DNA of 64,000 nt from an uncultured Candidatus Saccharibacteria bacterium (GCA_964356375.1 CAYHGT010000001.1:9221-73220); one strand, 5' to 3'. Numbered from the stretch's first letter, positions 1 to 8,744 are shown. The notes: generated by a model from the letters alone, not told the origin. Made by a program: numbers and translations.

Positions 1-1273
1 GTGAATCACCTGGGATTTGCTGACCATAATCAATACAGGATTTAGAGCTCAAAAGGTCACTGATATAAATACCCGTAGCCACAAAGGCATCAGAATTATT
101 CCAAGGATTTGCGGGCACATTTTTAGTAATTGCGGAGATTCTCGCCTCATAGAGTTTCCATGTGGATGGGATAAACTGCGCGGGTCCCATTGCGCCACCA
201 TATGAGCCATGCGTATTTGCGCACGAAACTTTTGCGGCGGCAGATTGAGGGTCTATGCCAAGTTTCGCCAAGAGTTCAAGGAAATAGGGGGTATCACGCG
301 TGGGATGCATCGCGGTTGCGTAGTAGCACCTCCCCACATTTTTTCCGAGAAGCGACTCACGGCTGAGAATTGCGAGAATAAGCGCGGCGCGAACACCCGA
401 CGCACCCTCCGCGAGTTTTGCATAGTTATACGCCTTTTCAAATGTCAGCTCGCCACCACCGATCAATTCAAAAATACGACTCCTAATTTGCGCCGCCGTC
501 TCCCGTGTTTTCTTAAGTATTTTTTGATATTCAGCTTCTTTTCCTTTTGTCTCTTTTAGAATCCGCGCCTTCTGGGATTGAATCTGCTCTTGGCTTTTTT
601 TCTGTGCAAGTTGCGCCACGCGGAGATTTTCTTGGTCCTCTTTTTTTGCGGAGAGTTCATCCTTTGTTGCAATAAGATTTTGGCGAAGGTCGGTTATCTC
701 TCCGAGTTTTGTATTGATTCCCTCGCGAAGCAACATCACATCATTAATGGCGCCGAAATATTCAGAAAGTGTTTTTTTTGCAAGCAATACCATCACCATA
801 TTGGTGCGGTCTAACTCGTCAACTTCTCGGATTGCGGAACCAAGCGCTTCTTTATTTATATCTATCTTGGTTTCGGTTTTGTTAATATTTTTCTGCGTTT
901 CCGCAATTTCTCCATTCAGTTTTGTAAGTGCCAAACCGATTCCTTTTACCTTGAGGTTCAGATTAGTGATTTCAGTGTTTAGTTTTTTGATTTCGGTGGT
1001 GAGGGTTTTACCGCTCTTTTGATATTCCGCAATCGTCTTCTGGTTTGCGTCAATCTGCTTTTCAAGGTCGGCAAGCTGGTTCTCAAGTTCCGCGCGCTGT
1101 TCTCGTTTTATCTCCGCATCGCTTTTTACCGCCACCTGCGGTGGAGTGGACGTTGTAGTTGCGCGTACGAGCGATGTGTCTGGAAACGCGAGAACTACAA
1201 TAATAATAGGAATAAGCATAAATATAGCGTTTTTTGCAATTCCTTTTGCGGTTTTCCTGAATTCAAATATCAT
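1..1273 (-). CDS. Partial (C-terminus runs off window start) membrane-anchored coiled-coil protein with a C-terminal lytic-transglycosylase-like domain
   Basis: Manual minus-strand translation from the ATG whose revcomp is at 1271-1273: MIFEFRKTAKGIAKNAIFMLIPIIIVVLAF (TM anchor), then a long coiled-coil (ELENQLADLEKQIDANQKTIAEYQK...), then ...GSYGGAMGPAQFIPSTWKLYE resembling the MltB/Slt35 motif. It is absent from the ORF track because no stop falls inside the window. The plus-strand ORFs 17-1282 are low-complexity antisense artefacts of it. Confidence 0.5.
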   Translation of the reverse strand, partial: MIFEFRKTAKGIAKNAIFMLIPIIIVVLAFPDTSLVRATTTSTPPQVAVKSDAEIKREQRAELENQLADLEKQIDANQKTIAEYQKSGKTLTTEIKKLNTEITNLNLKVKGIGLALTKLNGEIAETQKNINKTETKIDINKEALGSAIREVDELDRTNMVMVLLAKKTLSEYFGAINDVMLLREGINTKLGEITDLRQNLIATKDELSAKKEDQENLRVAQLAQKKSQEQIQSQKARILKETKGKEAEYQKILKKTRETAAQIRSRIFELIGGGELTFEKAYNYAKLAEGASGVRAALILAILSRESLLGKNVGRCYYATAMHPTRDTPYFLELLAKLGIDPQSAAAKVSCANTHGSYGGAMGPAQFIPSTWKLYEARISAITKNVPANPWNNSDAFVATGIYISDLLSSKSCIDYGQQIPGDS

Positions 1274-1412
1274 TCCACATAATTATACACTGAGTTTTGT
1301 ACTTCGTGTAGTTTTGATATATTAAATGGAGCACCTCTTTATAATCCTTTAATCACGCACTTTCTGCCACAAAGATTCTTGCATTCTACAATGCTACGAA
1401 GTAAATCACTGC

Positions 1413-1504
1413 GGGACATCTCCCAAAGGGAGACAACCAATGTTCCTACGGTCATCCATTCGGGAAATCTACCGTAGGCATGAGACATCCCCCACAGGGG
1501 ACGA
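1413..1504. repeat. Cluster of short GC hairpins (GGGACATCTCCC-AAA-GGGAGAC; CCTACGGT..ACCGTAGG; GAGACATCCCCC-ACA-GGGGACG) in a divergent intergenic region; a partial member of the 31-nt double-hairpin family
   Basis: Read directly: stems TCTCCC/GGGAGA at 1421-1434, CCTACGGT/ACCGTAGG at 1445-1478, TCCCC/GGGGA at 1487-1501. Related copies at 41409-41439 and 53324-53354. Confidence 0.5.
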
Positions 1505-1601
1505 CTAACAACAAAAATGTGCAGAATTAGGACGGCAAACCGGTTATCCGTTGTTGTCAGTTGTAGGTCGTTAGTTAGTTCTGCTATACTTATAGAACAA
1601 T

Positions 1602-1988
1602 ATGGCAGACATGAAAAAACTATTGATAGTGGAAGATGAGCCGTTGCTTGCGAATCTTTTAAAACAGCGCTTTGAAAAGGAGGGTATAGAGGTAATTTTG
1701 GCGCGTGATGGCGAGGAGGCATTGAATTTTCTTCGCACTACTAGACCAGATCTCATTTTGCTGGATATTATTTTGCCGAAAATCTCCGGCTTTGAACTTT
1801 TAGAAACCATGTCCGCAGACCCGAATATTGAAAAGGCGCCAGTCATTATAACCTCAAACCTCGGTCAGGATTCGGATGTAAAGCGCGGACAGTCGCTTGG
1901 CGTGGTTGAGTACTTTGTAAAGGCAAAAATCTCAATAGAGGATCTTGTGGAACACGTGAAAAACGTGTTAGAGGGTAATAAGGTTTAG
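1602..1988 (+). CDS. Stand-alone response-regulator receiver (CheY-like) domain protein
   Basis: 128 aa. LLIVEDEPLL...DLILLDIILPKISGFELL: acidic pocket, phospho-acceptor Asp context and a conserved Lys region typical of REC domains. There is no output domain. Confidence 0.75.
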   Translation: MADMKKLLIVEDEPLLANLLKQRFEKEGIEVILARDGEEALNFLRTTRPDLILLDIILPKISGFELLETMSADPNIEKAPVIITSNLGQDSDVKRGQSLGVVEYFVKAKISIEDLVEHVKNVLEGNKV

Positions 1989-2006
1989 GGTTCAATTATC
2001 CACATG

Positions 2007-2062
2007 TACGGTATACGGTATACGGTATACGGTATACGGTATATGGTATACTGTATACAGTA
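2007..2062. repeat. Tandem heptanucleotide repeat (TACGGTA)x5 followed by three degenerate units (TATGGTA, TACTGTA, TACAGTA), 52 bp upstream of the major pilin start
   Basis: Counted directly: eight contiguous 7-bp units at 2007-2062. The unit contains the palindrome GTATAC. Confidence 0.9.
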
Positions 2063-2113
2063 TTTCATTATAGGAATGAAAGGTCGGTAATAATAGAAAA
2101 AGAAATATTAAAT

Positions 2114-2686
2114 ATGAATAATTTAAAGAAAGGATTTACACTTATTGAATTGCTTATCGTTATCGCAATTCTCGCAATCTTGTCAGTTGCAGTTGTGTTG
2201 GTTTTGAATCCTGCGGAACTTATCAAACAGGCCCGTGATTCTACCCGCATCTCCGACCTGTCAGCAATCAATAGCGCAATCGCATTGTATTTGGTGGATG
2301 TAGCTACCCCGTATTTTGGTAGTGCAACCACCGCGTGCGTGACTACGTCGACTGCTACATTTGCCACAACGACAACAGCGCTCAATCCATGGGCTTCTGG
2401 CGCCGCGCAGTTTGTGAATACGTCATCATCGGTAACTGGGGGCGGTTGGGTTACTGTTAATTTTGGAGCTATTTCTGCGGGCTCGCCAATTGCAAAGCTT
2501 CCTATTGACCCAGTGAACTCCGCGGCATATTGGTATGGTTACGCGTGTAACGGTTTGAACTACAAACTTGCAACCGTATTTGAAAGCACAAAGTATTCAA
2601 GTGCAACAACTGGATATATGAGAAATTCATATGACGGTGGCACGAGCAATGGTTTCTACGAAGTTGGTAACAGCCTTGTCCTCTAA
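2114..2686 (+). CDS. Type IV (major) pilin with a class III signal peptide
   Basis: N-terminus MNNLKKG|FTLIELLIVIAILAILSVAVV: G-1, F+1, E+5 prepilin cleavage/methylation motif. 190 aa, Ser/Thr-rich C-terminal half. Followed by a strong terminator. Confidence 0.8.
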   Translation: MNNLKKGFTLIELLIVIAILAILSVAVVLVLNPAELIKQARDSTRISDLSAINSAIALYLVDVATPYFGSATTACVTTSTATFATTTTALNPWASGAAQFVNTSSSVTGGGWVTVNFGAISAGSPIAKLPIDPVNSAAYWYGYACNGLNYKLATVFESTKYSSATTGYMRNSYDGGTSNGFYEVGNSLVL

Positions 2687-2715
2687 CTAGAGAATCAATT
2701 TAGCAGTTTTAAAAA

Positions 2716-2745
2716 CCCCCCCCGTTTCGAGGGGGATTTTTTTAT
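2716..2745 (+). terminator. Rho-independent terminator after the major pilin
   Basis: CCCCCCCGTTTCGAGGGGG hairpin followed by TTTTTTT. Confidence 0.75.
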
Positions 2746-2806
2746 GACGAGCTAGTAAGCGATAGTGTGCTAAAATGATTAAAGGAAAAGCGGTCATTTT
2801 TTATCA

Positions 2807-4522
2807 ATGATAAATCTACCCCCTGAACGACTTAGAGAATTGCTTTTGAAAGCGGGTATTACAACTCCCGATGTGTTTGCATCTATGTTGGATGAAGCAA
2901 AGCGCAAACAGCAGAATGTGAACGATGTGCTCATCTCACAAGGAATCATCAACAAGGAATACTTGCTGATACTTATCGCACAAAATCTCGGTGTGGAGCG
3001 TGTGAATCTTGGCGTGGTAAAGGTGGACGAGGTGGCACTCAATCTCATTCCAGAGGATGTGGCTCGCCGTAAAAAAATTATTGTATTTGGTAAAGAACTT
3101 GACGGGAAATATAAGGTTGCGATGGATGATCCAAGCGATTTGGAAACGATTGATTACTTGAATTTGAAACTTAGCGGGCAGGTGAAGCCGTACCTTGCAA
3201 CCGAAGAAGATTTGAATCGCGGATTCGTGCTTTATGGAGAAAGATTGACACAGGATTTCCAGCAGATTATTGAGACGAGTGTGCGTGAGTCACTTCGCTC
3301 AAAAGCGCGTGGCGATGCAGAGAAGGATGCGCAAGACCTTCCGATTGTCGCAATTGTGGACAATCTTCTCTCCTACGCAATTTCTTCACGCGCATCCGAT
3401 GCGCATTTTGAGGCGTTGGATGATGTGGTACTGGTTCGCTTTCGTATTGATGGCGTGTTACACGAAATAATCAGAATGCCGAAAGAAATTCAAGCAGCGG
3501 TCGTGGCGCGTATTAAAATTCTCTCAAACCTCCGCGTGGACGAACACACGCATCCACAAGATGGTCGTTTTCGTCACAAGATGGGGAGCACGGCGGTAGA
3601 CATCCGCGTATCTATTATTCCAACATTTTATGGCGAGAAGATTGTTATGCGTCTTTTGACCGCTGCGCAAAAACCGCTTTCGCTTGCGGACCTTGGTATT
3701 TATGAGGACGATATTAAATTGTTGGAAAACGCAATCAAGAAAACATACGGCATGGTGCTTGCTGCGGGTCCTACCGGTTCTGGTAAAACGACTACATTGT
3801 ATTCACTTTTGAATATGATGAATAAGCCGGATGTGAATATTATCACGATTGAAGACCCGATTGAATATGATATGCGGTATGTGAACCAGATGCAGGTGAA
3901 TGTAGCTGCTGGTATTACATTTGCATCCGGGCTTCGTTCTATCCTGCGCCAAGATCCAAATGTGATTATGGTGGGTGAAATCCGTGATGCGGAAACCGCG
4001 AACATTGCGGTGCAAGCGGCGCTCACGGGACACGTCGTGCTTTCAAGCTTGCACACGAACGATGCGCCGACCGCAATCCCGCGCTTTATTGATATGGGCG
4101 TACCTCCGTTTCTCGTGTCTGCGGTTTTGAATACCGTTATTGCACAACGTCTTGTGAGAAAAATTCACGTGGAGTGCATTGAATCATATGCCCCACCAAC
4201 CGCATTTCTTGGGGCAATTAAGCATGAGCTGGAGCAGAGCGGTATTGCAGAAGAAAGTGTGAAGGTTCCCAAAACATTTTATCGCGGGAGAGGGTGCGCG
4301 GCATGCGGGCATACTGGATACTTGGGACGACTTGGTATTTATGAGGTGTTAAATATTACGGAAGAGGTGCGTAAACTCATAATTAGCTCTGATTTTAACC
4401 TTGATACATTGCGCCATTTGGCGCGTAGCGAGGGAATGTCCACTATGTTTGAGGACGGTCTCCGCAAGGTTGAGCGTGGCGTTACTACAATTGAAGAGGT
4501 CCTACGCGTTATTAGGGAATAA
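2807..4522 (+). CDS. pilB: Type IV pilus assembly ATPase PilB (GspE family)
   Basis: 571 aa. N-terminal GspE_N-like region, Walker A GPTGSGKTT, Asp/His boxes, and a C-terminal tetracysteine (CIESY...CAACGHTGY). Confidence 0.9.
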   Translation: MINLPPERLRELLLKAGITTPDVFASMLDEAKRKQQNVNDVLISQGIINKEYLLILIAQNLGVERVNLGVVKVDEVALNLIPEDVARRKKIIVFGKELDGKYKVAMDDPSDLETIDYLNLKLSGQVKPYLATEEDLNRGFVLYGERLTQDFQQIIETSVRESLRSKARGDAEKDAQDLPIVAIVDNLLSYAISSRASDAHFEALDDVVLVRFRIDGVLHEIIRMPKEIQAAVVARIKILSNLRVDEHTHPQDGRFRHKMGSTAVDIRVSIIPTFYGEKIVMRLLTAAQKPLSLADLGIYEDDIKLLENAIKKTYGMVLAAGPTGSGKTTTLYSLLNMMNKPDVNIITIEDPIEYDMRYVNQMQVNVAAGITFASGLRSILRQDPNVIMVGEIRDAETANIAVQAALTGHVVLSSLHTNDAPTAIPRFIDMGVPPFLVSAVLNTVIAQRLVRKIHVECIESYAPPTAFLGAIKHELEQSGIAEESVKVPKTFYRGRGCAACGHTGYLGRLGIYEVLNITEEVRKLIISSDFNLDTLRHLARSEGMSTMFEDGLRKVERGVTTIEEVLRVIRE

Positions 4523-4574
4523 AGAGTTTGTCTAAAATTCGAAGCTGAAAGTGAACGAATTTTAGCTACAAAGT

Positions 4575-4680
4575 CTTTACCGAGCACTCAGCATCAAAAA
4601 ATGACATTTTTCGTCCGTTTTCAAGCACGAGCGATTTTTCAAATAATATGAACAGTCGCGTTGAGTGCTCGGTGCTTGAA
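4575..4680. promoter_or_regulatory. Conserved inverted-repeat element, copy 1, in the pilB-pilC intergenic region: CTTTACCGAGCACTCA ... TGAGTGCTCGGTGCTTGAAT
   Basis: Perfect 12-bp inverted repeat ACCGAGCACTCA (4579-4590) / TGAGTGCTCGGT (4663-4674) with a 72-nt spacer. The arms share CTTTACCGAGCAC and GTGCTCGGTGCTYGAWT with copy 2 at 8745-8855. Confidence 0.45.
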
Positions 4681-4736
4681 TGTATGCTAAAATTTATATG
4701 CATGAGTAATCGCAAAAAAATTTTAATACATTCAGC

Positions 4737-5936
4737 ATGAAATTTAGATACATTGCATCACAGGCGGATGGGCGAGTGGTAGAGGGCGACATTGACGTAC
4801 AAAATGTACAAGACGTTTTGTCGTTTTTGGCAAAAAATAATTTAAAGCCAGTCAGTGTAAAATCAAGCGAAGAAGAGAAAGGCGGACTTTTCAAGGGTTC
4901 CATTACGATTACCGACGAAATCTTCCTTACAAAGTATTTAGCGCTAATGCTCCGAATTGGTACGGGTCTCTTGGAGGCAATCAACATTCTTATTGCTGAT
5001 TTCAAAAAGCCCGCAATTCGCGACCTCCTTTTTGAGGTGCGCGCCACACTTGAACAGGGGCAGCCATTTTATTCAGCATTTGCAAAACATCCGAAGGTTT
5101 TTGATGCGGTCTATATAAACCTTGTGCGTGCGGGCGAAGAATCGGGAAATTTAGATAAAATACTCACCGACCTCACAGAGTCGCTTTCCAAGAAAAAAGA
5201 TTTGCAGGATACGGTGCGCGGCGCTTTGATCTATCCGATAATTCTCTTCATCGGTTCGTTCGGCATTCTCTTTTTTCTTGTAATGTTTGCGCTCCCGAAG
5301 GTCGCGAATGTGTTTATGGAGGGAGGGTTCAAAACGCCACCTTTTTCACAAGTAGTGTTTACAGTTGGATTATTTTTCAACAACTATGGATTTTATATTA
5401 TCGGATTTTTTGGACTGCTCGTGGTAACAGCAATCATTCTTCGCGCGCGAGTACCCCTGTTTAGAAAATTTTTGTCCAATGTTTTTGTGAACCTCCCACT
5501 TATAAGCGGAGTATTGAAAAAAATGGCGCTACAGCGATTTGCATCAACATTGGCCGCGCTTATAAAAGCTGGTATGCCACTTACGAGAGCGCTGGATATT
5601 ACAGCTGACGCGGTTGCGCACGCGGAATTACGCGATGCGCTTATAAACATTTCCAAAGAAGGTCTTGCAAAGGGACTCACAATCGGCGAGGCGTTTCGTC
5701 GCGAATCAGCATTCCCGTCCACCATCACAAATCTCGTGGCAATTTCAGAAAAAGCGGGACACTTGGACGAAGTGCTAACAACCGTGAGCGAATTTTATAC
5801 GAAGGAAATTGACGCATCGGTGAAAGAGCTTGTTTCCTTTTTGGAGCCGGCGCTCCTTGTCTTCATCGGTGCTATTGTTGCAGTAATTGCGCTCGCCATC
5901 ATTGTTCCTATTTATCAACTCACTACCCAATTCTAA
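4737..5936 (+). CDS. pilC: Type IV pilus inner-membrane platform protein PilC (GspF family)
   Basis: 399 aa. Two T2SSF-like repeats and three TM segments; downstream of pilB. Confidence 0.9.
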   Translation: MKFRYIASQADGRVVEGDIDVQNVQDVLSFLAKNNLKPVSVKSSEEEKGGLFKGSITITDEIFLTKYLALMLRIGTGLLEAINILIADFKKPAIRDLLFEVRATLEQGQPFYSAFAKHPKVFDAVYINLVRAGEESGNLDKILTDLTESLSKKKDLQDTVRGALIYPIILFIGSFGILFFLVMFALPKVANVFMEGGFKTPPFSQVVFTVGLFFNNYGFYIIGFFGLLVVTAIILRARVPLFRKFLSNVFVNLPLISGVLKKMALQRFASTLAALIKAGMPLTRALDITADAVAHAELRDALINISKEGLAKGLTIGEAFRRESAFPSTITNLVAISEKAGHLDEVLTTVSEFYTKEIDASVKELVSFLEPALLVFIGAIVAVIALAIIVPIYQLTTQF

Positions 5937-5970
5937 AGAATGGAATAATTGAATATTAAAGATTGAAGGA

Positions 5971-6382
5971 TTGAACATTATGAAGATAGAACGATTTGAA
6001 GAATTACCAATTTGGAAAGATGCGCGAATCATTTCTTCGGAAGTATATAAAAAAACAAGGTCATTTAAGGATTTTTCGTTGCGAGATCAGATGAGGAGAG
6101 CAGCCGTTTCCATTGTTTCAAACATTGCCGAAGGGTTTGAGCGTTGGTCAAATAAAGAATTTATTCAATTTCTCTATATTGCGAAAGGATCGGTCGGTGA
6201 ATTGCGTGCGCAATTGTATGTTGCATATGACGCTGAAATTTTTAAGTAACGAGCACTTGATTGCGATGATTAAGCAATGCGAAGAGATTTCGGGTGGAAT
6301 AAGTAAATTTGCTAATTATTTGAGAAAATCACCGATTATCAAGGAAAGATATAATACAAAAGCAAGCTTATTGAACAATTGA
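5971..6382 (+). pseudogene. Four-helix-bundle protein (23S rRNA intervening-sequence-protein family) interrupted by a 1-nt frameshift in a T5 run
   Basis: ORF 5971-6249 (...IAEGFERWSNKEFIQFLYIAKGSVGELRAQLYVAYDAEIFK*) continues in the +1 frame (LSNEHLIAMIKQCEEISGGISKFANYLRKS...). Removing one T from the T5 run at 6239-6243 gives a continuous protein of about 136 aa with family-typical motifs. Confidence 0.5.
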
Positions 6383-6403
6383 AAAATTAAATGATTTAAA
6401 ATT

Positions 6404-7531
6404 ATGAAAAAGAAATTATTCAATCCTTCAATTATTCAATCCTTCAATTTTCGGGGTGGTTTTACAATGCTTGAGCTTGTGATTGTGATAGCGATTACGG
6501 CAGTTCTTTCAACGGTAGGTTTTGTATCGCTTAGCGGGTATCGTGGAAAACAAAATCTTAATAAAACAATGGATGAGTTAGTTGCTGTAATTGTTGGTAC
6601 GCAAAAGCGCTCAATTTCACAGGACACGGGGAAACAATGGAACATAAGATTTTCAAATACCGCGAGCTCTGGAAGCCAATACATAATTTTTTCCGGCTCG
6701 GCATACAGCACGAGTTCAATAGATAGAATATATGGACTTGGACGCGGTGTGCAATTTGCAGAGCCATATTTAAATAGTGCATTTGATGCATTTTTTACGC
6801 CGATAACAGGAACACTCCCTTCAAAGAAAATCATCTCGCTCGTTACAGGTAAAAAAGACGGTCTGGTTGGCGATATTATTTTAAATACCGCGGGTCGCGT
6901 AATTACGCGACTTGAAAGCGGTCTTGTCGGATATTGGCATTTTGATGAAAATGCATCTTCAACGGCACACGATTCGGCGGGTATGGATAATGATGCAATT
7001 CTTTCCGATGGACCTGTGTGGAAGGAGCATAAAAATTGCAGAGAAGGAAATTGCCTAAGCTTTAAGGGCGGAAGCGACCAGGCGGCTACCGCGTCCATAG
7101 ATATCAACGGCAAGCCGGATTTTACAATCAGTGATTGGCAATATATCACAAGCTTATCCTCGGGTAGCTGGGTATTGAATTATACATTTGGAGAAACCTC
7201 ATTTTACTCATATCACGGCGGACAGTTTAGAGTTGTGGACGGGCCATTGGAGTGCCAAGATTCCGGATTCGGCTCAATATCTTCCAGCGAATATCTTAAT
7301 AAGTGGACACACACAGTGTTTGTAAAAACTGGCGATGTTATAAATGTATATGTTAATGGAGTGTTTCGCGCGTTCTGTGTTTCCAAAAACGGAGTGCTGG
7401 CTAATCCGATATTTAAAATAGGAAATATTTTTGTAGGAAGAAACATGATAGGCATTGTTGATGAGGTCCGTATCTACAACCGCGCCCTTTCTGCGACCGA
7501 GATTTTGAATATGTATAATGACTTTAAGTAA
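6404..7531 (+). CDS. Type IV pilin-like protein with a C-terminal LamG/concanavalin-A-like lectin domain (paralog 1)
   Basis: Prepilin signal MKKKLFNPSIIQSFNFRGG|FTMLELVIVIAI. C-terminal LVGYWHFDE...CREGNC...DEVRIYNRALSATEILNMY matches Laminin_G_3-type motifs. Confidence 0.8.
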   Translation: MKKKLFNPSIIQSFNFRGGFTMLELVIVIAITAVLSTVGFVSLSGYRGKQNLNKTMDELVAVIVGTQKRSISQDTGKQWNIRFSNTASSGSQYIIFSGSAYSTSSIDRIYGLGRGVQFAEPYLNSAFDAFFTPITGTLPSKKIISLVTGKKDGLVGDIILNTAGRVITRLESGLVGYWHFDENASSTAHDSAGMDNDAILSDGPVWKEHKNCREGNCLSFKGGSDQAATASIDINGKPDFTISDWQYITSLSSGSWVLNYTFGETSFYSYHGGQFRVVDGPLECQDSGFGSISSSEYLNKWTHTVFVKTGDVINVYVNGVFRAFCVSKNGVLANPIFKIGNIFVGRNMIGIVDEVRIYNRALSATEILNMYNDFK

Positions 7532-7544
7532 GTTATTGAAAATT

Positions 7545-8693
7545 ATGAAAAAGAAATTATTCAATCCTTCAATTATTCAATCCTTCAATTTTCGGGGTGG
7601 TTTTACAATGCTTGAGCTTGTGATTGTGATTGCTATCATGGCTGTTCTTTCTACGGTCGGATTTGTATCGCTTAGCGGGTTTCGTGGTAAACAAAATCTT
7701 AAGAAAACCACGGACGAACTGGTGGCGGCAATCGTGGGAACGCAGAAACGCTCAATCTCACAAGATGCGGGAAGTAGGTGGAATGTACGCTTTTCAAATA
7801 CCACAAGTTCAGGAAGTCAATATATTGTGTTTTCGGGTACGAGTTATGCGACAAGCGCGATTGATAAAATATACGGCCTGAATCGCAATATTCAGTTTTC
7901 AGAACCATATTCCGGCAGTACATCTAATGCGTTTTTTGCTCCATTTACGGGCACGCTCCCCTCAAAAAAAATAATTTCAATGGTAACAGGTCGGCAGGAC
8001 GGATTTGTGGGGGACATTATTATGAATACAGCGGGGCTCGTGACTGGGCGCAATGAGAGTGGTCTTGTGGGATATTGGCATTTGGATGAAAACACATCCA
8101 CAACTGCGTATGACGCGTCTGGTATGGGGAATACTGGCGCTCTTGTGGGCACTTCTACGTGGCAGACGGGAATGAGTTGCGTATCAGGAAGTTGCTTGAG
8201 TTTTAATGGAAGTGGACAATATATAGATTCCGGGGCGAATTCCATTTTGGGTACTAAGCCTTTTACACTCACTGTGTGGATTAATACAAACAGTGTCGCG
8301 GGTTATAGTGGAGCAGTTTCAATTGGAACATCTGCGAGTGGTCAATCAGCATATATCGGAACCGTTGCGGTTGCACAGGTTGGCACGAGCAACTCTATTG
8401 GTGGTGGCTTCTATGGCGCAAATTATGGTTCGGGTATTACCACCACAGGTCAATGGGTTCACGTTGCCATGACATTTGCGGGCGGGTCAAATGGGGCTGC
8501 GATAATTTATGTAAATGGGCAAGTTCTTGTAAATACTACATACACACCGAATTTAGGAAGCGCGGTGAAAAGAATTGGCAGAATCGGGACCGACTCTACG
8601 TACGACTTTAACGGTTCAATTGATGAAGCTCGCATTTACAACCGCGCGCTTTCCGCGACTGAGATTTTGAATATGTATAATGACCTCAAATAA
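7545..8693 (+). CDS. Type IV pilin-like protein with a C-terminal LamG-like domain (paralog 2, tandem duplicate)
   Basis: The track ORF starts at 7518, but the in-frame ATG at 7545 reproduces the identical leader MKKKLFNPSIIQSFNFRGGFTMLELVIVIAI. The 93 bp 7539-7631 are identical to 6397-6489. C-terminus LVGYWHLDE...CVSGSC...DEARIYNRALSATEILNMY. Confidence 0.8.
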   Translation: MKKKLFNPSIIQSFNFRGGFTMLELVIVIAIMAVLSTVGFVSLSGFRGKQNLKKTTDELVAAIVGTQKRSISQDAGSRWNVRFSNTTSSGSQYIVFSGTSYATSAIDKIYGLNRNIQFSEPYSGSTSNAFFAPFTGTLPSKKIISMVTGRQDGFVGDIIMNTAGLVTGRNESGLVGYWHLDENTSTTAYDASGMGNTGALVGTSTWQTGMSCVSGSCLSFNGSGQYIDSGANSILGTKPFTLTVWINTNSVAGYSGAVSIGTSASGQSAYIGTVAVAQVGTSNSIGGGFYGANYGSGITTTGQWVHVAMTFAGGSNGAAIIYVNGQVLVNTTYTPNLGSAVKRIGRIGTDSTYDFNGSIDEARIYNRALSATEILNMYNDLK

Positions 8694-8744
8694 AGGCTTG
8701 GTGTAAATTTGTAAGATGAAATCGCGACAAATTTACGAACCAAA

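Noticed and set aside
17-1282. Plus-strand ORFs 17-205, 209-559, 578-814, 714-1022 and 1019-1282 from the track.
   Set aside because: Their translations are low complexity. They lie antisense to a long, well-behaved minus-strand reading frame (coiled-coil / lytic-transglycosylase-like protein) that runs off the window edge.
2007-2062. Possible CRISPR array.
   Set aside because: The 7-bp units are contiguous with no spacers. There are no longer repeats and no cas genes anywhere in the window. It is a simple-sequence repeat.
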